Shown: positions 27,930 to 40,871, counted from the stretch's first letter. The stretch: 64,000 nt of DNA from Octopus vulgaris (GCA_951406725.2 OX597818.1:89156001-89220000); one strand, 5' to 3'. Notes: a model not told the origin generated them from the letters alone. Made by a program: numbers and translations.

Positions 27930-28254
27930 CATAACTTATGTACATATATGTTAACATATATATATGGTAATATTTTTTCCTTCATTTATTTTTCATAGCC
28001 TTACGTATATCTTTTAGAAATACTTCTCTACGCTACGTCGTTCTTCCCGTTTTTAACTGGAGTTTTTTTCGGATTTTTTTCTTTTACTTTTGGTATGTAT
28101 TCCTTTCATTATATTTTTATGTCACTTCTCAAAGAGTGAGGGAGATTGCTTGTTAAAGTAATACTGAAGTTCTATTTTTATTTTTTATTTTTATATTCCG
28201 TGAAATACATTTGTAATTATAAATAACAGTGTTTCATTTCAAAACAAGATGGCG

Positions 28255-29050
28255 TAGGCAAGTCGGTTTCTCTAGAAACGAAAATTAAAATATTAAATCA
28301 ACTTTAAAATGTAACGGCTCGACAGTATCCACGGTACAACTTAATATAACCGAATCAATTGTTAAAACAGTTTGAAGAAACGGAGAAAGCTGTGGTAATA
28401 CAATGACTGGATATTCAATAACTTTAAAACGTATGTCATACATGCTTAGTAACATTATGGAAACAATGGGAAAAGCTCTATCATTTGGGATAAAGGATAT
28501 TACCCCAAAATGCATCCATGTAATGCATCAGCATCTCATTGGTTTTCTTGAAGTAAGTGATGTTTCAAAACATTTTTAGATCGATGTTCTCGATATAATA
28601 TCAATTTTAATGGCGAATGTTGAACAATGATAAGAAAAGTAAACGGGAATTTACCCCAAAATTAACAAAAATAATATGTTTCTGTGGTTTTTAAGGCGAC
28701 GAGCTGGCAGAAGCGTTAGCACGCCGGGCAAAAATGCATAGCGGATTTCGTTCATCTATACTTTCTGAGTTCAAATTCCATTGAGGTCAGCTTTGCCTTT
28801 CATCATTTTGAGGTCGATAAAATAAGTACCAGTTGAGCACTGGGCTCGATGTCATCGGGTTACACCTTCCCTAGAATTGCAGGTCTTCTGCCAAAATTTG
28901 AAACCAATACGATTCTGTATTTTGAAAATAGTATTTAATACTGATGAGACCCGTCTATTTTTGACAGAAAACTCGAAAAACAAAAGAAGGACAAAAACGG
29001 AAACATGTAGTGAATTCAAAGCATCTGACAATCGAGTCACATTTTTATCA
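28255..29050 (+). mobile_element. pogo/Tigger-like transposase remnant interrupted by a family B SINE (28695-28905)
   Basis: N-terminal SLETKIKILNQL...LNITESIVKTV (psq HTH-like) and DDE-region IVFNTDETRLF...FKASDNRVTFL. Confidence 0.75.
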
Positions 29051-29224
29051 AACTATAAAGTATTAGTCGTCCATTTTCGAACCGCAACGAGAAGGAACTT
29101 CAGTTACATAACATAAATAACATGGATTGTTACACATGTTGACATACACATGAACACGCGTATACACTTACATGCATATAAGTTCATATACATTTATACA
29201 TATGTATATATGTATATATGTGAA

Positions 29225-29548
29225 GGCATATGGCTCAGTGGTTAGAGCGTCGAGCTTACGATCGTGAGGTTGTGAGTTCGAATCTCGGACCGAGCTTCGT
29301 GTTGTGCAAGACACTTTATTTCACATTGCTCCAGTTCACTCAGCTGTAGAAATGAGTTGCGACGTCACAGGTGCCAAGCTGTATCGGGCCTTTGCCTTTT
29401 CCTTGGATAACATCTGTGGCGTGGAGAGGGAAGGCCGGTATGCATGGGCGACTGCTGGTCTTCCATAAACAACCTTGCCCGGACTTGTACCTGGGAGGGT
29501 AACTTTCTAGGTGCAATCCCACGGTCAATCATGACTGAAGGGGGTCTC
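29225..29548 (+). mobile_element. SINE family C with an alternative tail
   Basis: A box TGGCTCAGTGG, B box GAGTTCGAATC, CORE-like block; tail shared with 42240-42365. Confidence 0.88.
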
Positions 29549-29580
29549 AGAAGCATATATGTATGTATATGTACATAAAC

Positions 29581-29990
29581 TGGCACTCCACCGGTTACGA
29601 CGACTAGGGTTCCAGGTGATCCGATCAACGGAACAGCTTGCTCTTGAAATCAACGTACAAGTGGCTGAGTACTCCACAAACGCACTCCGTCGGTTACGAC
29701 GACTAGGGTTCCAGGTGATCAGATCAACGGAACAGCCTGCTCTTGAAATTAACGTACAAGTGGCTGAGTACTCCACAGACACGTGTATCCTTAACGTAGT
29801 TTTCAGGGAGATTCAGCGTGACATAGAATGTAAAAGCATACCGTTTGAAATATAGATACTACTCCTTTTTTCCAGCTAGTGAACTGGAGCAACGTGAAAT
29901 AAAATATCTTGCTCAAGGACACAACACTTCATCGTGATTTGAACTCACGACCTTGCGATCATAAGCCGAATACTGTAACCACTAAGCCAC
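29581..29990 (-). mobile_element. SINE family C head with the GGAGTGCCA tail, containing a 99-bp tandem duplication
   Basis: GCACTCC...ACTCCACA unit at 29583 and 29682; tRNA-like head ends near 29990. Confidence 0.88.
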
Positions 29991-30021
<31 letters not shown>

Positions 30022-30939
30022 TGTATGTATGTATGTATGTATGTATGTATGTATGTATGTATGTATGTACTTGTGTGTCTGTGTGTGTGTGTGTATGATT
30101 TGTCTCACACACATATATGTCAAGTCACTTTTGTTCCGTTGCTGCCCACACCTCAAGCCAACTTCTTCTTCCAGTCTACTCCCTCCATTTTTCTCTATCC
30201 TTTCCGTAAAAGAGCGTATGCTTAAAATCTTAATGATTTCTTCCAGCTTCCCTGAGCTCAGTATGATCCTGTCTCTCTAAGCATGCTCCCATCTTAGACG
30301 CCCTCGTCTACATTTCGACCCACTTCTGGAAGTGTTGCCACCTCTCAAGGATTACCTTACCCCTGAACTCTATTCAGATTGCCACTCGAATTCTATTTGG
30401 GTTTTCATTATTCTTCTACTTGGATTATCACCTTCGTGGATCATTACTATGCACTGTCATTGATATATATACCAAAACAATAGAATTCCAGACTTCATAG
30501 CGTGCTGCTATCTCAGCTCGCTCCTGAACAGTCAAGCGACAGGCCAACTAGAAAATAAGAAATAAGAGATAAGACAATAAGAAATCCCCATTAGTGTTGT
30601 CTGTTTAAAAAAATGTTTTCGTCATGACTTCAGTGATACTAAAAATCCTATAAGCAATTTTTAATGCCTAGTTATTTTCCACCTACCATCGTCTTGGATT
30701 AACAACCCTCACCGCTTGCTTTTAATGTCTTGTTCTCACTGTCCTGTTCTTGTTACCACTTTCACCCTCCGCAAAAATCCCAAATTTTATTTAATTTGCT
30801 TTGCAAGAAGGACTTTTTATCGAAGTCGCGTATTGTCCTTAACTTCGAAAACGCGGAGTGGATGAAACAGGGACAACTGATGAAGGGGAATATTCAAGTC
30901 TCGTTGCATGTCTCGTTTCTCTGTTTGCTTTTTTCGTTG

Positions 30940-31006
<67 letters not shown>

Positions 31007-31903
31007 TATACATATTTATACACACACACACAATGGGATTCTTTCAGTTTCCGCCTACCAAATCCACTCACAAGGCTTTGGTCGGTCCGCAATTATAGTA
31101 GAAGATACTTACCGAAGCTGCCACACAGTGGGACCGAGCCTGGAACCATGTGGTTGAGAAACAAATTGTTTTACTACATAGCCATGCCTGCGCATGTTCT
31201 AGTTCGCCGAACTTCGTAATCCAGTTGATTGAATAACTGAACACTATGGTCAGAGATTCTAAACGGGATCCATATGCGCGCCTGTGTGTATGTGTGTGTA
31301 TGCGTGTGCGTTCTTCTGTGTGTGTATGTATTTGTGTGTGTGTGTGTGTGTGTATGTGTGCGTATGCGTTTGCGTTCCTCTGTTTGTGTATGTACCCCTG
31401 TGTGTATACCTCTGTGTGCCTCTATGTGTATGTGCGTGTGTGTGTGTGTGTGTGTATTTATAAATCTTTAAGCTTCATTTTTTCCTTTCATAACGTGTGC
31501 AGTTAGTAACAGAAGTTGCCACTGTATGATTTCGTTATATATCGTTGCAGAACCTTTTATTTCTTTTGTTTCAGTCCATCTCAATGCTGCAAACGGCTAA
31601 CACGATATGTAGAAACTGTAACTGTATATATTTGATTAGGGTCTTAGCCAAGGGGCTGTTTGTTTCATGTATCTCGCATCCGCTTCTCAAAGCATCTCAC
31701 TTTTCCATTGGCTTTACTGATATTGCAATATTCGGGGATCAAAGCCGTTCTGGACATAGCCACCACCAACACCACCACCACCACTACCACAGCCATCATC
31801 ATCATCATCATCATCATCGTCGTCGTCATCGTCATCATCACTGTCGTCGTCATTGTTGTCGTCGTCATCATTATCATCATCATCTCCCACTTCGCGCTTT
31901 CTT

Positions 31904-31949
<46 letters not shown>

Positions 31950-31988
31950 GCTATCTAGCTATCTATCTATATATCTGTCTATCTATCT

Positions 31989-32020
<32 letters not shown>

Positions 32021-32135
32021 CTTTTTCTCTTACTTCATAGTACATGGATGTGCGTGTGTGTGTGTATGTCTGCGTGTGTGCGTGCGTACGTGAGCATATG
32101 TGTGTGTGTGTGTGTGTTTGCGTGTGCGTGTGTGT

Positions 32136-32173
<38 letters not shown>

Positions 32174-32336
32174 GTGCGTATGCTAGCATGTGAGCGTGTA
32201 TTCATATTAAGGTGGCCAAAGAGCAGAATCGTTAGCATTCCTGACCAAATGCTGAGCGGCATTTCTTCTACTTGTTTACTGTCTGAGTTCGAATCCAGCA
32301 GCAATCAACTTTGCTTTTCATCCCGTCGGGGTTCCA

Positions 32337-32375
<39 letters not shown>

Positions 32376-32376
32376 G

Positions 32377-32479
<103 letters not shown>

Positions 32480-32569
32480 GCAGGCAGGCTGAAGGCGCAG
32501 AAGGCAGACAGACTGACCGGCAGACTGTCAGACAGACAGATAGAATGACAGGCAGCCAGGCAGACAGAC

Positions 32570-32650
<81 letters not shown>

Positions 32651-33545
32651 TGTTTCTTTATTAGCCACACAGGGCTGCACACAGGGCTGATCAAAAGGGA
32701 TCGTAAATGGAAAGAAAGAGAAAACCCAAAAAAAAAGAAAAGAGAAAAAATCGATGAATAGGGATTGTTATCACAGAAATTTCAATGTAAAGTGTAAAGG
32801 GGAAGACAGGTGAGGTTTACCCGTGGAAAGAAAAGCCTACGGAAAAGACCACGGTAACCTCGGTCAATAAAGTCACATGTTATTTTTTTTACAAATAAGC
32901 AACTCTCTGTATTAATTTTTACGGTTCATAGGATCTTAGTCAAGGTGGCTTCGTCATTCATACGTGCCATCCTTGCTACATTCACCTATCTTTTTTTTTA
33001 AACATTCACTAGACAAAACTTGCCTCTCTACTCTCACTTTCCTTTTCAAGTGATACTTGAAGAAGTTGATGAGAGATTGACCAGAGAGGAAAGTGTTTGT
33101 CTCCAATCCTTTCAGACGCGTCCACCAGATACATTCTTTCGCTATAGCCACAAGTATGATAAAAATAGCTCTTCCTTCCCGTTTGAAGGAAGGAGGCGTG
33201 ACGATATTAACGATAGACTCGGCTGATAAACCGACACGTCCCACATGTCACAGCAGTCGTTCGACATAAGCCCACAGATCGGAGATTGTTGGACACTGCA
33301 CGATTGCGTGCAGAACGGTTTCGTCGCTCTGACCGCATCTCGGGCAGGTCGGCCCCGTGTTTCTCGAGCCATGCCTATAGAGCTTATCCCGAACGGATAG
33401 CGCTTCTCGGTAGTACTGCCAGGCCAGGGATCTCTGGAAGTTGTCCATAGGTCCCGGCCCGAATGTCGTCTCAAACAGGCGGGTCAGGTATTCCTCGTCG
33501 ACGCCCAGGTTCGCCCCAAGATCGTCGTCGTACCTCTCCTCCACT
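32651..33545 (-). mobile_element. 5'-truncated L1/Tx1-clade LINE (zf-RVT C-terminus plus 3' UTR)
   Basis: SLAWQYYREALSVRDKL...TCPRCGQSDETVLHAIVQCP...LW followed by AKECIWWTR; 3' end joins (TATC)n. Confidence 0.9.
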
Positions 33546-33559
33546 AATCACCTATGATA

Positions 33560-33765
33560 AGTTTCTTTATTGGCCACACAGGGCTGCACACAGATGGGAC
33601 AAGTTACAAGGTAGAGCTTTTCTTTTGGGGGATGAAAAAAGGGGGTGGCGTAGGTTTTCGATCAAGAGGGATCGTAAAAGGGAAGAAAAGAACAAAAAAA
33701 CTTTTTTTAAATAAAAAGAAGAAAAAAAATAGAATAAAAAATAAAAAGAATAAAATAAAAAAAAA
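33560..33765 (-). mobile_element. Additional Tx1-like 3' UTR copy in tandem
   Basis: Near-identical to 12745-12970; bounded by one GATA unit and a (GATA)n tract. Confidence 0.85.
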
Positions 33766-33771
33766 GATAGA

Positions 33772-33881
<110 letters not shown>

Positions 33882-33944
33882 TCAATGTTATGTGAACGAT
33901 ATTTTTAAAACAAGTGTTTAATATTTGATTTCACACATATATAC

Positions 33945-34012
<68 letters not shown>

Positions 34013-34403
34013 GTAAAACTGATCAAGTAAATACAATTTTCGACACAAAATTATGATTAAAATATCAGTGTCTTCAAAGCAAAATCTTTGAATATTGTTC
34101 GCTTGCCTTTCAGCGTTTCTGACTCTCACCATCACCTACTCCATTTCTTGGTTTACTTTCCTTTCTTTAGCGTGACCAACCGGACATTATATGTAAGATA
34201 CGTTAGCACAACGTTAGCACGCTGAGCAAGACGTTAGCAAGTCCGGCAAAATGCTTAGCGTTATTTCATCTCTCTTCGCGTGTCTTTCATCCTTTCGGGA
34301 TCGATAAAGTAAGTACCAGTTGAGTACTGGAGTCGATGTATCGACTATCACCCTCCCCAAATTTCAGGCCTTACACCTATAGTAGAAAGGATTATGTGTA
34401 AGA

Positions 34404-34808
34404 TACTCTTTTACTCTTTTACTTGTTTCAGTTAGTTTACTGCGGCCATGCTGGAGCACCGCCTTTACTCAAGGAAATCGACCCCAGGACTTATTCTTTG
34501 TAAGCCTAGTACTTATTCTAACAGTTTTTTGTCGAACAGCTAAGTTACGGGTGCGTAAACACACCAGCATCGGTTGTCAAGCGATGTTGGTGGGAGACAA
34601 ACACAGACACACAAACACACACATATATATACAGATACATATATACGACGGGCTTCTTTCAGTTTCCAACTACCAAATCCACTCACAAGGCTTTGGTCGG
34701 CCCGAGGCTATAGTAGAAGACACTTTCGCAAGGTGCCACGCAGTGGGAATGAACCCGGAACCATGTGGTTGGTAAGCAAGCTACTTATCACACAGCCGCT
34801 CCTGCGCC
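34404..34808 (-). mobile_element. SINE family A, full length
   Basis: Complete head, core and tail in reverse complement. Confidence 0.9.
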
Positions 34809-35329
34809 TTATGTACGTGCTTTTCATTCTCTCTCTTCCTCCCTCCCTCTCTCTCTCTCTCACTCACTCCCTGTATGTGTATGTGTGTGTGTGTTCACAC
34901 ACACACTACACAGACATACAGTTTCCTTTTAAAACTTAACATGAATGGCGGTGCCCCAGCATGGCCACAGCTCGTGAGCTGAAACTAGATGAAATGAAAT
35001 GAAATGAAATGTGCTCTGCTGCAATGTACTGAGTAATCCTTTAGTTTAATGTTACATTGCTTCTACATAAAAATTAAAGTAAAAACAAATATTCCTGTAT
35101 GTGGGGAAGGAAAGAGGCGTACACCCTAGTGGTTAAGGTGTTGCGATACGCTATCTTCGTGAGCAAAACACTTCATTTCACGTTGATCCAATTCACTCAA
35201 CTGGCAAAAATGAGTAACCTTGAGCCGGACCGTTGTCCCATCCAGGCTGGTTGGGACAGTATATTCGCCATATAATCGGGAAACCGACGTTATGAGCCTA
35301 TGACTCTGAAGGACTTCAAAGCTTTTCAT

Positions 35330-35376
<47 letters not shown>

Positions 35377-35452
35377 GCAGCGTGGAAGGTGTTTATAAGC
35401 CATTTAAGAAACACACAAAAACCTTTAGATTCACTTCAACATTTAAATTTAA

Positions 35453-35503
35453 TTTGGCAAAATATTTTCGTCGCTTTGAGACCGCGACCTGTTCACTGAT
35501 AAA
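35453..35503 (-). ncRNA. Minimal type I hammerhead motif, G3-C8 core variant
   Basis: Minus strand: TTTATCA-GTGAACA-g-GTCGC ggtctcaaa GCGAC-GAAA-ATAT-TT-TGCCAAA. Confidence 0.62.
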
Positions 35504-35586
35504 ACTTCGTGCTGAGATGCAGCACGAAGTTTTCGTTCCAACACACGATTTCAGATCAAGTCACTTGCTATGCAAGTACATATCCG

Positions 35587-35640
<54 letters not shown>

Positions 35641-36041
35641 TTATAAGATAAGGATATAATCATAAAATTATTATATCAGTGGTCTAGCACTTAAAAATAC
35701 GTAACATTAATTGTTTTTATGTATATAATTATAAAGATATAATTATAATGTAGGGCTACTGGAAATGACCAGCGCCAGTGCTAGAAATAGAAATTTCTTC
35801 TCTATATTCAACCAAGTGCTAGGCCACTGTTATAATCATTTTATGATTATATCCTTATCTTTTAAGTATGTAAATAATTTTGTATTTCCCTCTTGTCAGA
35901 ATATTTCAATGCGGGACTGCATTTACCCTGTATAACTTCTGATATTATCCACATGGTCGAGATAGGCTGAAAGATGAAACGTATGCTTCGGGTGATTTTA
36001 CCCGTGGGTATGTATATTTCTCGTTTATATATTACTGGTTT

Positions 36042-36100
36042 ATTCTACAGAAGATCGCAAAGCAATTTTTTGCAGAGCGTGAAATCTTGAGATATAGGAT
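36042..36100 (+). ncRNA. Type I hammerhead motif with A at position 4
   Basis: ATTCTA-CAGAAGA-tCGC aaa GCAA tttt TTGC aga GCGt-GAAA-TCTtgAGA-TA-TAGGAT. Confidence 0.62.
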
Positions 36101-36639
36101 TATCCAATAGTTTGGTTTTTTTCTTGCTCATTCCCAGACGTTCGTACCTGTGGTTAAATATAGAGAACAAATTCTAGAGTGGATCGAAGGTATTTGACAC
36201 CTATTTCTAGCATTGGCGCTAGTCATTTCCACTAGCCTTTAACTATAATTATATATTTATAATTATATTCATATTTATTCTCTTTTATTCTTTAATTTGT
36301 TTCAGTCATTTAACTGCGGCCATGCCGGGGAAACTTTAATCGAACAAATCGACCCCAGAACTCGTTTTTTTGTAAGCTTAGTACTTATTCTATCGTTCTC
36401 TTTTGCTGAACCGCTAAGTTTCGGAGACGTAAACACACCAACAACAGTTGTCAAGCAATGGTGGGGGACAAACAGAGACACACAAACATATGCATATATA
36501 TTTATATATATATTATAGAGGGCCTTATTACACATAAAAGCCACATGCTTGGAGGGACTCTTAAAGTCAAAACTACTAAAATAAACATATCGTACCGAAA
36601 GCAAGTCTCGAAGCAAGTCATCTAAAAACAGAATTTAGC

Positions 36640-36700
36640 TGCAAATCACCAGTGATTTCGTGATTAGCGCAGTTATATGCACTCTTCACTCATCGGTGCA
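36640..36700 (-). ncRNA. Type I hammerhead motif with C at position 4
   Basis: Minus strand: TGCA-CCGATGA-GTGA ag AGTGCA tataac TGCGCT aa TCAC-GAAA-TCACtgGTGA-TT-TGCA. Confidence 0.75.
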
Positions 36701-36899
36701 AGCATAATTCAAGATCTATAACATATATATATATACGACGGTCTTCTTTCGGCCTCCGTCTACCAAATCCACCCCACAAGGCCTTGATCGACCCGTGGCA
36801 ATAACAGAAGACACCCGCCTAAAGTGCCACGCTTTGTAGCTGAACCCGGAACCATATGGTTGATAAGCAAGCCGCCTACCACACACCCCCTCTTGCGCC

Positions 36900-36940
<41 letters not shown>

Positions 36941-37378
36941 GGGGAGGGAATATACACACACAGAAACAAACAATTACTTAATATATGTTTATACTATACA
37001 TACATGATGACTAACATGTATTCTCTTTCTATGATGGTTGTGCATTATTTGATGATGATAAGACTGCTATTTCTCTAGCATCAATGTATTAATTCGGTCA
37101 CATACCTAAATCTAAACGAGTGCCGGCCGACATCTTACTGTCTACTGAAAGCCTATCATTTGGAATGAGGCACGATGAACACAGAGGGACGACAGACAGA
37201 CAAACGCATAGGCAGCCCTACAGACAGATATACCGATGATTTGTTTCCTTTTTCGTAAACTCCAATGAGTTTTTAATGGAACTTGTGGATCGTTAAGATT
37301 TCAATATATTCGCCTTATGGTAAGTTTAGAAAAACACTGTATATATATATATATATATATAATGTATGTACGTATATA

Positions 37379-37432
<54 letters not shown>

Positions 37433-37447
37433 GTATGTACGTATATA

Positions 37448-37485
<38 letters not shown>

Positions 37486-37561
37486 CATACATGTATGTAT
37501 TTATGTATGTGCGTGTGACTGTGGATGAATATATATATATACCTATATACCAGCCCACATG

Positions 37562-37628
<67 letters not shown>

Positions 37629-37638
37629 CATATATACA

Positions 37639-37678
<40 letters not shown>

Positions 37679-38610
37679 TATGCAATCGCATCTATGTTCG
37701 TATATAGATATGCACGTGTGTATATAAGTTGCGCAAATATTCATGCACTTACGCACACACAAGCATGCACACACATAAGTTTGTTTGCGTATCTATGTCT
37801 GTCTCTGTGCATCAGTGTGTTTGTGAATTTCTTTGAAGCTGCCTGCTCTAATAGTTAACGAGAATCTCTCGAGGGTCGTTACAGGTTTTTAATTAACACA
37901 GTTAGCCCCTCCCGCTCCCTTCATCTTTCCTCCTCCAACTTCATCTCCAATCTCCTCCATCTTCTCCCCCTCTCTTCCTTGTCTTTGTTCTTCCCTGTTT
38001 TTTTTCTTATTTGTATTCAATGTCCAATATCCTCTTTCGAAATCAAAATGTCTCTCACACTCAACATCCGCTCTCGCTCACTCACCCACACTCTCTCTCT
38101 CTCTCTCTCTCCTCATTTTGATTCTTCCTTTTCCTTGTTCTTTCCTACTTCATCTCCCTCCTGTTTTTCTCCTCCTTGGTAGTCGTCTTTTTCTACTTCT
38201 GAACCTTCTCCTTTTTCTTCCCTTCTTCTTTTCTTCTTTCTCCTTCTCCTTCTCCTTCTTCATCTTCTTCCTCTCTCTACTTCATCTTCTTCATTTTCTT
38301 TCCTCTCTTTTTTCGCTCTTCTCCTACTTCTCATTCTTACTTTTTTTCCTTTTCCCTTCGTTCTAGTTTTCGCTTTCTTTTTCCAACAAGATCTTCTGTT
38401 TCATCATCAACATCATCATCATCATCCTCATCATCACCACCACCACCACCACCATCCTCATCATCATCATCTTCACTATAATATTATCTTTTTTTTTTCC
38501 TTTTTCTCTTCTTCTTTCTCATTCTCTTTTCTGTCTTTCTCTATTATGTTACTTCATTGATATTTCTTCCAGCCTGTCCCTCTATTCTAACAAAAGACAC
38601 CAAAAACAAT

Positions 38611-38750
38611 TATCTTACCTTGTCTCACAGGGCATCCATTTCCTTTTTATCATACGCTTCCGCCATTTTGGTTTAGCGATACCTGGCGGCCAATACGCTA
38701 CTTTAAAAATCTTCCTGCTTTCTTTATCGCCAGCGAAGCTTACAAAACCC
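38611..38750 (-). promoter_or_regulatory. Candidate first exon or promoter-proximal patch
   Basis: CpG-containing unique patch with CAAAATGGCGG (YY1/Kozak-like, 38660-38670), a CCAAT box and a donor AG|GTAAGA at 38619/38618. Confidence 0.3.
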
Positions 38751-38936
38751 TTGAATATCAGTCACTATTTCTGTTATTTTTATCTTTATTTTCAACACTT
38801 ATTTTCAACACTTTTTACTTTGTTATATTTGTACTATACTTACTTTTATCATTCATTTAATTCCGAAGTTTTTGTATTTGCTTACATCTATTTTGCATTT
38901 ATATATTTATTATTATTATTATTATCATTATTATTA

Positions 38937-39003
<67 letters not shown>

Positions 39004-39017
39004 CATCATTATTATTA

Positions 39018-39084
<67 letters not shown>

Positions 39085-39434
39085 CATCATCATCGTCATT
39101 ATCATTATATTATCATTATTATTATTATTATTATCATTATTTTTATCATTGTTATCATTGTTGTTGTTATTGAAAGAAGTATTGATTGGTTTTACTTATC
39201 AAATCACAAAGTCTTGAGGGTTTTACTGTCACACTAATGAACGAGTCGAAGTAGTAAACTTCTGAAGGAAGATGACACTAGATCAGTCCTCGAAAACGTC
39301 TTCCCCTTAATGTTTTTTTCTTTCTATCTCGACCATTCGCTTGACAGATTTTATTAATGCCATGTCATTCAAAGTTATTTTATATTGACACAGATACACA
39401 AACATATACACACACACACACACATAAATGCACA

Positions 39435-39613
39435 GATGCGTGGCTATGTGGTATGTAGCTTGCATACCAACTACATTGTTCTGGGTTCAGTCCCACTGCG
39501 TGGCATTTTGGGCAAGTTTCTTCTGCTATAGCCTCAGACCGACGAAAGCCTTGTGAGTGGATTTGGTAGACGGAAACAGAAAGAAACGCGTCGTATATGT
39601 GTGCGTTGTGTGC

Positions 39614-39654
<41 letters not shown>

Positions 39655-39880
39655 TATGTGTGCGTCTGTGTCTGTGTATGTCTGTGTTTGTCCCCCCATA
39701 ATCGCTTGACAACCGACGTTGTCCCCGTAACTTAGCAGTTCGGCAAAAGAGAACCGATAGTATACGTACTAGGCTTACAAAGAATAAGTCCTGGGGACGA
39801 TGCGTTCGACTAATGGCGGTGCTCCAGCATGGCCGCAGTCAAATGACGGAAACGAATAAAAGAATAAAAGAATAAAAGAA
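39435..39880 (+). mobile_element. SINE family A, full length
   Basis: Head, core, TG tract and tail ending in (AATAAAAG)n. Confidence 0.88.
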
Positions 39881-39990
39881 TATATACGCATACGAACACA
39901 TATACACATACATATATACATATATGTATATATTTTTATGTATGTATATATATATGTGTGTAGTGTATATATATATGTGTGTGTGTGTAG

Positions 39991-40089
<99 letters not shown>

Positions 40090-40310
40090 ATCATATCCAC
40101 ACATGAAATTTTCATATCGAACGGTAAAAATTTAGTCCAAAGACATAGTCTTTATTACGCATAAAATACAGTGCACATAAAATACATACGAGGAATCCAC
40201 TCATGAGATTCATCATTCTAGAAAGAACAGCTAGGTTCCAAAACCACAAAATTAGGGATAAAATCTCGAAAGGAACGAAATGAAAAATAAAAACTTTTAT
40301 CATCTAATTT

Positions 40311-40382
40311 CCTGGACCAATTGGTTTCTGATTTTAGTTTAGCAAATAAGATAATGTGCTAGGTGAAATCGTTATCAACAGG
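40311..40382 (-). ncRNA. Type I hammerhead motif, U3-A8 variant, GUC triplet
   Basis: Minus strand: CCTG-TTGATAA-c GATTT cacc TAGCA (loop) TGCTA aacta AAATC a-GAAA-CCAATTGG-TC-CAGG. Confidence 0.8.
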
Positions 40383-40383
40383 T

Positions 40384-40625
40384 ACACCTTAGATTAAATA
40401 TATAAACACGAGGCAATCAATTATATGCCACTTGTTTATACATCCTAATTCTTTCAAATCTACTGCGCAGGCGCAGCTCCTCCTCGGCAATAAAAAAAAT
40501 GCCAACTTAATTTTTTTTTTTGCCGACGAGAGCTGCGCCTGCGCAGTTGATTGGAAAAAGTTAAGATGTATAAACAAGAGGCATATAATTGATTGCCTCG
40601 TGTTTATATATTTAATCTGAGGTGT
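40384..40625. repeat. Fold-back inverted repeat with ~115-bp arms
   Basis: ACACCTTAGATTAAATATATAAACACGAGGCAATC... is mirrored by ...GATTGCCTCGTGTTTATATATTTAATCTGAGGTGT, with several mismatches. Confidence 0.93.
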
Positions 40626-40702
40626 GTATATATATATATATATAATAAAATATTTGTTTGATTTGCCTAATAGTGGTTTTATCTCTAATTTAATGTAATA
40701 TA

Positions 40703-40735
<33 letters not shown>

Positions 40736-40871
40736 CTGAACAGTTATGTATCTCTAATAAGACCTGCTATTTATTAACGTTCTATATGCCAATGACTCAT
40801 ACATTCATTTAATGTTTCTGACAAGAATTAACTGCTAGAAATCACAAATTGATAGCTAATATTTTAATAAT

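Noticed and set aside
29225-29300. tRNA gene
   Set aside because: A and B boxes are present but run into the SINE core, with no intact acceptor stem
39255-39310. CTGAAGG...TCCTC-GAAA-ACGT decayed hammerhead
   Set aside because: Multiple core and stem defects and no stem I
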